The notes beneath the pieces were generated by a model. It made no database searches and was not told the DNA's origin. It worked only from the letters and a program-made list of their open reading frames with translations. A stretch of 64,000 nucleotides of DNA from an uncultured Clostridium sp. (GTDB taxonomy: Bacteria > Bacillota > Clostridia > Clostridiales > Clostridiaceae): NCBI GenBank assembly GCA_900548455.1, contig URKQ01000007.1:34050-98049 (forward strand), given 5' to 3'. Position 1 is the first letter of the stretch, and every line of letters begins with the position of its first letter. Positions 57,247 through 64,000 of this stretch are shown piece after piece. The translations under genes and the position numbers were made by a program.

Positions 57247-57273
57247 ATATCGAACGTGATTTTATATACTTTA
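57247..57273 (-). promoter_or_regulatory. sigma28 promoter of fliC
   Basis: TAAA-15 nt-TTCGATAT. Confidence 0.75.
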
Positions 57274-57306
57274 TAGTTTTTTAAATTTTTTTTACTTATT
57301 AAAAAT

Positions 57307-57636
57307 TTATATTTCTTGATCTAAGAATCTAACTCCTTCAACGGTATTCCCATAGGTCATATTAGCTCTCTTTGAATCTCTAAGTTTTGCAATTTCATTT
57401 CTAAGTTTTTCTTTTTCTTTAATTAAAGCACATTCAGCTTTTTTTTCAACTTCCATTAAGTTAATCTCATTGACAATTTTTCTAAACTCATCAGTTTTAG
57501 GAGATAATTCCTTAATCATATTAATATACTTTTCTCTTTCATCCATAAAAACTTGTGAATCTTCATCCTTATTTATAGAATCAATAAAATCTTCTGTAGC
57601 TTTTTTATACCCCGTTAATATCTCTTTTAATTCCAT
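57307..57636 (-). CDS. FliT-like chaperone
   Basis: Small helical protein after fliD. Confidence 0.6.
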   Translation of the reverse strand: MELKEILTGYKKATEDFIDSINKDEDSQVFMDEREKYINMIKELSPKTDEFRKIVNEINLMEVEKKAECALIKEKEKLRNEIAKLRDSKRANMTYGNTVEGVRFLDQEI

Positions 57637-57640
57637 AATA

Positions 57641-59665
57641 CTATGATCCCATGAAAGAAGACAGATAACTTTGTTGAGAGTTTAATTGATTCATTAGTGT
57701 TTCAACTTTTGCCCACTTAGAATAAAGTTGCTGCTCTCTAGTAGAGAATGCCTTCTCCATGTCTTTTATTTTTCTTTCATATTTTTTCATTGTATCAGTT
57801 AAATCATTATTTGTTGCAGTAGCTGAACCAAGGACACCAGCTTTCTTAATTAAAGGTGAAGATACAGTTACAGTCTCTTTATATAATACATTTTTTAATC
57901 TTTGAGCTATCCCTGTTGACTTTAATTTTTCAGCCTCGCTTAAAGTTTCATCTGCTGGTGGAGTTGAAGTAAACAACTTCATTACTTGCTCTGAATCATT
58001 TTCTAAAGCCTTAGTAAGCTTCTCCTCGTCAATAGTATATGTTCCATTTTTAGTTCCAGAATAATCAGATACTGGTCTAATGCCAATACTTTCTAGATTA
58101 ATTCCATCAAGCATGCCTCTCATGGCTTCTTTCATAGAGTTAGCAATTCTTGATACATCATTATCTTTATATAATTGTCCTTGCTTAACCTTTTCATTCC
58201 AAAGTTTAATTTCGTCTTCAGACATTTCCTTCTTTTGATCAGCTGTTAAAGGATTATAATTTTTATTTCTTTTTTCACTTGTAATTGTATTTAATTTTTC
58301 AACTAATTTATTATAGTCATTGATAAAGTTAACCACGTTATCTTTAACAGAATCCACATCATTTTTGCCTTTAACTGTTATACCATCTTTAGGAATTTCT
58401 CCATCAAAAGTAAAAGTTATACCATCAACTGTAACTGAATTAGATGTTCCAGTGTGAGTATAAACTCCACCTTTTCCATCACTTATTTCTATATTAGTGT
58501 CTATTCCTTTGGTGATTGCTTTTGCTCCATCAATAGATTTTAAATCAATTTTTCCATCAGCACCAACGGTGTTTGATGTAAATTCAATATTACCACCAAC
58601 TAACTTAGCAGTAACTCCCATGTTATCTTTCTTTAATAACTCATTTAATTTATCAATACCATCTGTAGTAGATAAATCTATTCCAGATATATCTATTACA
58701 TTATTATTAATTCCTAAATTTTCAACTCCACTAAGTGATGCTATAGACACAGTATTCTTTGTAGCTACTCCATCTTCTCCCTTAGCAAATGTTCCACTTT
58801 TACCATTAACTAATACCTTAGGATCTTCTACTTTACTCCCTAAATCTGTTGTAGTAAAAGTAATATCTCCAGTATCTGAAACCTTTGCAGTTAATTTATA
58901 ATCTTTTAATTTTTCATTTAAAATTTTCTCAATATCCTCATTAGTTTCTATATCAGAAATTGTAATCTCAATTTCTTTTCCATCAACGCTTATTTTTCCA
59001 CTAGGCTTTAGCTCTGAAACATTAAATCCTGTTACTGTTGCTCCTGTTGCATTCTTACCAGCTTCCACTGTTCCTGAAATTGAGTTAACTGTTCCTCCTA
59101 TAGTAAAGTTACCAGTACTGCCTATTACTGTAGATTCAAATACAAACCCACTTTGATTTCCAGTAGATGTACCAGCCATATCACTATATTTAACAGTTAC
59201 ATTTATACCAGCTTTTTTTAACTCTTCATTTAAGTGCTTAGCTTTGTCTCTATCTGTATCGCCTTTTAGTTCAAACTCTTTACCGTTAATAGTAATTTTA
59301 TTATCAACAATTTCACTAGTTGAAACTACTGCTCTAGCTGCTGTACCAGTATTTCCGGTAACCTTATAATTACCAGCTTTAGCTTCACTATTTCCTGTCA
59401 CAGTAAGAACATTTTCATTTGATGATGTAAACTTTACTGTATTCCAATTCTTACTTAATAGAATACTATCTTTCTTAGATACATCAAAATATTTATTGTA
59501 TAGTTCTCTAGAATCGTTAATTACATCTCTATAAAGCTGTTGCTTAATTTCAAGTATGTCCTTTTGCTGTTGTTGCTGTTCTATTTTAATTCTGTATGGT
59601 TTCATAGTTTGTAGTACTAATGCATCTATATCCATACCTGTTGCAAGGCCTGTAATTCTACCCAT
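57641..59665 (-). CDS. fliD: Filament cap FliD
   Basis: RITGLATGMDID, YNPLTADQKKEMSEDEIKLW, LNSQQSYL. Confidence 0.93.
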   Translation of the reverse strand: MGRITGLATGMDIDALVLQTMKPYRIKIEQQQQQKDILEIKQQLYRDVINDSRELYNKYFDVSKKDSILLSKNWNTVKFTSSNENVLTVTGNSEAKAGNYKVTGNTGTAARAVVSTSEIVDNKITINGKEFELKGDTDRDKAKHLNEELKKAGINVTVKYSDMAGTSTGNQSGFVFESTVIGSTGNFTIGGTVNSISGTVEAGKNATGATVTGFNVSELKPSGKISVDGKEIEITISDIETNEDIEKILNEKLKDYKLTAKVSDTGDITFTTTDLGSKVEDPKVLVNGKSGTFAKGEDGVATKNTVSIASLSGVENLGINNNVIDISGIDLSTTDGIDKLNELLKKDNMGVTAKLVGGNIEFTSNTVGADGKIDLKSIDGAKAITKGIDTNIEISDGKGGVYTHTGTSNSVTVDGITFTFDGEIPKDGITVKGKNDVDSVKDNVVNFINDYNKLVEKLNTITSEKRNKNYNPLTADQKKEMSEDEIKLWNEKVKQGQLYKDNDVSRIANSMKEAMRGMLDGINLESIGIRPVSDYSGTKNGTYTIDEEKLTKALENDSEQVMKLFTSTPPADETLSEAEKLKSTGIAQRLKNVLYKETVTVSSPLIKKAGVLGSATATNNDLTDTMKKYERKIKDMEKAFSTREQQLYSKWAKVETLMNQLNSQQSYLSSFMGS

Positions 59666-59677
59666 AGAAATTCCTCC

Positions 59678-60064
59678 TTATTTTCTCTTACTTACCGCAT
59701 AAGCTTCATTCCAAGTTTCTCTAACCTCTTCTATTAAAGGCATTACCTCATCAAGAATGTTAATATCCTTTTTTAAATTTGCCTCAGCAAGTTTGTCTTT
59801 AATAAACTCATATACTTTAAACATATTTTGAGCCCATTCTCCTGCGCTTTGATCTAAAGTAACCATAAGTTCAATAAATATGTCTTGAACCTTAACAAGA
59901 TTTTCGTGAGACTTCTTTACATCCTTATCCACTAGAGCTTGTCTAGCTATTTTAGAAAACTTCACAGCTCCATCTAAAAGCATTATCAACAGTTGATCCT
60001 TTGATGCATAATTTACACTATTATTTTTATATGCATTATAGGCATTTGCACCTGCATTATACAT
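59678..60064 (-). CDS. fliS: Flagellin chaperone FliS
   Basis: YKNNSVNYASKDQLLIMLLDGAVKF. Confidence 0.95.
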   Translation of the reverse strand: MYNAGANAYNAYKNNSVNYASKDQLLIMLLDGAVKFSKIARQALVDKDVKKSHENLVKVQDIFIELMVTLDQSAGEWAQNMFKVYEFIKDKLAEANLKKDINILDEVMPLIEEVRETWNEAYAVSKRK

Positions 60065-60079
60065 TCTATCTCCTCCTGT

Positions 60080-60427
60080 TTAGGCCTTTTTGTCAACTAG
60101 AATTCCCACCATCTCACACATCTTTGCAACCATGTCTAAAATTTTCTTAGGTGGGACTTCTAATAAAACTTCATCTGTCCCTTTATCTATAATCTTAATC
60201 ATTATTTGTTTAAATTTATCATGCATTTCATATTTAGCATATATTTCATCATCTTCAGCCACTTTATTAAATTTATCTACAGCTTTTTTAATATCTTCTT
60301 CAGAATGTTCCTCATTTCCCATATTAGAAGTCATCTCAAAATTTTCTGTAACAGCTCTCTCAGTTTCAACCGTAACTCTAACTGGTTGCACACCGGTCAC
60401 ACTATTACTTACCCCATTTATATCCAT
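60080..60427 (-). CDS. flaG: FlaG
   Basis: EVLLEVPPKKILDMVA...GILVDKKA. Confidence 0.9.
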   Translation of the reverse strand: MDINGVSNSVTGVQPVRVTVETERAVTENFEMTSNMGNEEHSEEDIKKAVDKFNKVAEDDEIYAKYEMHDKFKQIMIKIIDKGTDEVLLEVPPKKILDMVAKMCEMVGILVDKKA

Positions 60428-60445
60428 AGTATCTCCCCAATCTAT

Positions 60446-60661
60446 CTATTTTTTTAACTTTGCTAAAATATCCATATCTATTTTAGAAGCTTCCCTATTT
60501 TCAACAGTAACAGCTTTATATAACTCACTTCTTAGAATTTTAATTTCTCTTGGTGCATTTATAGAAATTTTTACACTGTTATCATCTATTTTATCAATGT
60601 AAATTTCCACATCATCACCAATTCTAATTCCTTGACCTTGTTTTCTCGTTATTACTAACAT
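60446..60661 (-). CDS. csrA: Carbon storage regulator CsrA
   Basis: MLVITRK...IGDD...[12 protein letters not shown]. Confidence 0.95.
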   Translation of the reverse strand: MLVITRKQGQGIRIGDDVEIYIDKIDDNSVKISINAPREIKILRSELYKAVTVENREASKIDMDILAKLKK

Positions 60662-60664
60662 TTT

Positions 60665-61090
60665 TTATTCCTCCAATAAAGGGTATTTTATTTTATAATC
60701 TTCCCTATCTAAAATCATTTGATACCCTTTATTGTTTTGAAGATTAATTATAAGTGGTGCTCTTAAATTTGTAGTGATTTTTTTCACATCGCTATTTAAC
60801 GTTACTGTATTTAAAATAAGTACATCTTCTTCTTCTTTAATTGATAACTTATCTATCACTTCATTAGTTAACTTTACTTCATAATCCGATTTAAAATCAA
60901 AGGGTACTATGGTTACAAAAGCTATATTTTCATCTTCTTTTGCTTTAAGAAGTTTAAAAGGTGGAGTATCTTCTATATCGCTTAAAATATAGTCTTTAAA
61001 ACTTTCAAAGCCAGGTATACCATGTTCAAAGGTAATTATCTCACCCTTAAAGAGATTACCTATGCAACCTTCTCCATTATTCTTTGTCAT
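60665..61090 (-). CDS. fliW: FliW
   Basis: FEHGIPGFE, TTNLRAPLIIN, GYQMIL. Confidence 0.93.
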   Translation of the reverse strand: MTKNNGEGCIGNLFKGEIITFEHGIPGFESFKDYILSDIEDTPPFKLLKAKEDENIAFVTIVPFDFKSDYEVKLTNEVIDKLSIKEEEDVLILNTVTLNSDVKKITTNLRAPLIINLQNNKGYQMILDREDYKIKYPLLEE

Positions 61091-61102
61091 TGGCTATTCC
61101 TC

Positions 61103-62323
61103 CTATAAGTAGTTCAATATAGTTGGTTGAAGAACTTTGGCACTAGTTTGAAGTGCTGCTACATAAACAGTCTGAGCAACAGCCATTTCCATAGCTTTTT
61201 CTACAAAGTTAATATCTTCATTAGAAGAAAGAATATCTGTCATATTTTCATTCTGTGCTTCATTTAAATCTTTTGCACTTTCCATTCTGTTTTGAACTGT
61301 TCCAACTCTAGAACTAACACTAAGCATATTATTTAAAATTTTATCTATAGTATCTAAATTTTCTCCAATAACTTTGCTTTTTCCATCTTCACTACTTAAA
61401 TTATTAACTAAATCATCGAGGAATTTCATCACATCTACATCATTTCCATCGCCATCTTTAAACTTTAGAATTTCCATAGCATTTGCATTATAATCTACAG
61501 TTACTCCTGATGAAATTTCAACCTTTAAATTTTTATCTATAAGATTTTCATCTCCATTAACCTCTATAGATTTTTTAGTTGAGTTAAGATTTATATCCCA
61601 TGTATCTGTATCACTAGGTGATTTACTAATGACTTCAGTAAAATCAAATTCTAATCCATCTACATCTAACTTATAATTTCCATCAGCATCGGCAGATACT
61701 TCATGGGAAGTTCCGTTAATATCTACATTATATTTTGCTGGCGTAGTAGCAGGTACTACTTCCTTAATCCCAGATACCTTTAGTTCACTTTCGCTTCCAG
61801 TATAACCCTCTAAGTTATTTACATCTATTTCTTCTGAAACAGCATTTCCACTTCCTATAACTTGTACTGGCTTTTCAACAACTTTAACTGGTTTAACAGC
61901 TCCATCTTTACCACCAAAAATGTATTTACCATCAAAGCTTGTATTTAATATCTGACCAAACTCAGCAACTCTTTCACTTATTTCATCTTTTATAGCTGAA
62001 AGCTCTGAAGAACCATATGCAGCATTTCCTGCTGAAACCATAAGCTCTCTAATTCTTTGAAGACACTTTGTACTATTACTTAAAGCTGTATCTGTAGTAT
62101 CCATCCAGTTGATTGTATCTTTAATATTAGTATTATATTGCTTATTTGCATTAATCTCAGAATACATTTGCATAGACCTTGCAACTTTAAATGGATCGTC
62201 TGAAGGTTTACTAAAAACCTTACCTGTGTTTAATTGTGTCTGTATTTTATTAAGCTGATTAAGGTTAGTATTCATATCCGTTAAAAAGCCATTAACCATA
62301 ACTCCATGTGTAATTCTCATCAT
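61103..62323 (-). CDS. flgL: Hook-associated protein FlgL
   Basis: TGKVFSKPSDDP, DGKYIFGG, YVAALQTSAKVLQPT. Confidence 0.93.
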   Translation of the reverse strand: MMRITHGVMVNGFLTDMNTNLNQLNKIQTQLNTGKVFSKPSDDPFKVARSMQMYSEINANKQYNTNIKDTINWMDTTDTALSNSTKCLQRIRELMVSAGNAAYGSSELSAIKDEISERVAEFGQILNTSFDGKYIFGGKDGAVKPVKVVEKPVQVIGSGNAVSEEIDVNNLEGYTGSESELKVSGIKEVVPATTPAKYNVDINGTSHEVSADADGNYKLDVDGLEFDFTEVISKSPSDTDTWDINLNSTKKSIEVNGDENLIDKNLKVEISSGVTVDYNANAMEILKFKDGDGNDVDVMKFLDDLVNNLSSEDGKSKVIGENLDTIDKILNNMLSVSSRVGTVQNRMESAKDLNEAQNENMTDILSSNEDINFVEKAMEMAVAQTVYVAALQTSAKVLQPTILNYL

Positions 62324-62330
62324 TTCACCT

Positions 62331-62372
62331 CTTCGTTTTCGCTCTTCATTCTTACTTCTTCACTTTTACTTA
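62331..62372. repeat. Degenerate heptamer tandem repeat
   Basis: cttcgtt ttcgctc ttcattc ttacttc ttcactt ttactta. Confidence 0.55.
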
Positions 62373-64000
62373 TTATCTCACTAGGTTAACTACTACATCT
62401 AATAGCTGGTCTACAGTTGAAATTACTTTTGCATTTGCTTGGAAAGAATGTTGAAACTGAACTAAGTTAATTGCTTCTTCATCAAGAGCAACTCCTGATG
62501 TAGATAATCTTCTTTCTACTAAGCCACTTAATAAACTTTGTTGGTTTTTTACAATTCTTTTAGCTTCTTGTGATTGAACACCAAGTTTATTAATAGTGTT
62601 TTTAAAGTAACCTTCTACTTTAGTTCCACCTTCAATAGTATTTCCTGTAGGAATTTTACCATCTGTTACAACAAAATGATCAGCTACAAATTGATCATAA
62701 GTGTAGTTTCCTTCAAGTTTACCCATATCTAATGCCATCTCTCTAAAGTTAGCAATTGCTAGAGCTCTATCTCCATCTGTAGATCCTGATGAAGCATTAC
62801 TACCAGCTTGAATAAGCATTGGATTTTTTAATATATCTTTATTAATACTTATATTTCCAGCATTAACATCATTAATATCTCCTGTTGTAGAAATAAAGAA
62901 ATCAATTCCTACTTTATTTCCATCCTTATCAACATAACCCTCAGAATGTATTGCATTTACAGCATAAGCAACTCCCTTTGCAAGAGTATCAAGCTGTGAC
63001 ATATATCCTTCAGTATCCTTATGAATTGATTGAAGTCCACCGATTTTACCACTTCCAGGATTAAAAATACTATCTCCAACTTTAGTTGGATCAGCAATAG
63101 TACCATCTTCCTTAGTAACTAAAACTCTACTTTCATTTAAACTTGCATATTGATCTTTTGTAAGAGAAATATTAGCTAATGTTACCTTATTTTTATCAGA
63201 TGTCATATCTCCATCTTTATAATATTCTATATTATAAGTACCATCGCCATTATCTACAATGTTATTTACAAATGCAAATTTACTAATAGGATCACTATCT
63301 TTATTTCTAACTAAACTTATATCTCCATTAGCCCCAACCTTAACAGTCATTCCATTTAAATCTTGATTTCTTGTATCTATTCCAAATTTACTACTTAAAG
63401 TATCTAGTAATAAATCTCTTCTATCCATTAAATCATTTGGATTATTTCCTGCTACTGTTACAGTTATTATATCTTTATTAATTGCATTTAATTGATCTAT
63501 TATTGTATTAACTTCATATATATTACTTTGAATTTCAGATATCGCATTTTTGTTTGTATCTTGAAGTTTTTTATAAGTATGATTAATCTCATCTGCTAAA
63601 GCCAATGCCTTTTGAGCTACTACTGTTCTTGCATCGGACTTTTCAGGGTTTTTAGAAAGTGTTTGCCATGCATCAAAGAACTCAGACATTAATTCTGATA
63701 TACCCGTCTCTGAAGGCTCATTAAAAATCCCTTCTATTTCAGATAAATAATCTTGTCTTACACTATAAGTACCTTGATGAGTTAATTCTTTTCTAATTTG
63801 ATAATCAAGAAATTGGTTTCTTGTTCTTTCAATAGCCTTCATTGAAACACCAGTTCCAATTTGTCCAACACCACCTACAACAGTCTGTGGCCTTGCAGTT
63901 TGAAGTATTAACTGTTGTCTTGAATATCCTTCTGTATTTGCATTAGAAATATTATGACTTGTAACATTAATATATTGCTGTTGAGCAAACATACCTGATT
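62373..64000 (-). CDS. flgK: Hook-associated protein FlgK (true start probably just beyond the window)
   Basis: HNISNANTEGYSRQ, NDLMDRRD, SGVALDEE, FQANAKVI. Confidence 0.95.
   Translation of the reverse strand, partial: SGMFAQQQYINVTSHNISNANTEGYSRQQLILQTARPQTVVGGVGQIGTGVSMKAIERTRNQFLDYQIRKELTHQGTYSVRQDYLSEIEGIFNEPSETGISELMSEFFDAWQTLSKNPEKSDARTVVAQKALALADEINHTYKKLQDTNKNAISEIQSNIYEVNTIIDQLNAINKDIITVTVAGNNPNDLMDRRDLLLDTLSSKFGIDTRNQDLNGMTVKVGANGDISLVRNKDSDPISKFAFVNNIVDNGDGTYNIEYYKDGDMTSDKNKVTLANISLTKDQYASLNESRVLVTKEDGTIADPTKVGDSIFNPGSGKIGGLQSIHKDTEGYMSQLDTLAKGVAYAVNAIHSEGYVDKDGNKVGIDFFISTTGDINDVNAGNISINKDILKNPMLIQAGSNASSGSTDGDRALAIANFREMALDMGKLEGNYTYDQFVADHFVVTDGKIPTGNTIEGGTKVEGYFKNTINKLGVQSQEAKRIVKNQQSLLSGLVERRLSTSGVALDEEAINLVQFQHSFQANAKVISTVDQLLDVVVNLVR

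Noticed and set aside
1047..60602. Short antisense or alternate-frame ORFs in the track (for example 1047-1352, 8594-8839, 15895-16296, 33500-33736, 45733-46086, 60090-60602)
   Set aside because: They overlap well-supported genes and show no recognisable motifs; most have the Ser/Ile/Phe-rich composition of shadow frames

Overview
AT-rich Clostridium-type chromosomal window (inferred from gene order, the FliR-FlhB fusion and Firmicute-style SD sites). About 1-13.3 kb is housekeeping: partial rsmH, ychF, Mrp-DUF134-SDR, a Lon-like protease, a Ca2+ P-type ATPase and a CBS-type pyrophosphatase. About 14-37 kb is the flgB-flgG flagellar operon, preceded by a c-di-GMP-I riboswitch. About 38-56 kb is a flagellar glycosylation island, and 56-64 kb holds the late flagellar genes (fliC to flgK). 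Two things stand out. (1) Three intergenic regions (3.8-4.15, 7.2-8.0 and 13.3-13.95 kb) are mosaics of short repeated modules, with nested insertions and no transposase in the window. Two ~165-bp palindromic elements have unrelated outer arms but share a covarying core (tandem G.A helix, bulged A). (2) The glycosylation island encodes a dedicated ACP, an acyl-AMP ligase, LuxE/LuxC, FabZ, FabG, a split transketolase, an LpxD-like acyltransferase and a TPR-GT4-methyltransferase-GT2 fusion, but no ketosynthase, aminotransferase or luciferase. All calls were made by eye from motifs; no searches or folding programs were run.
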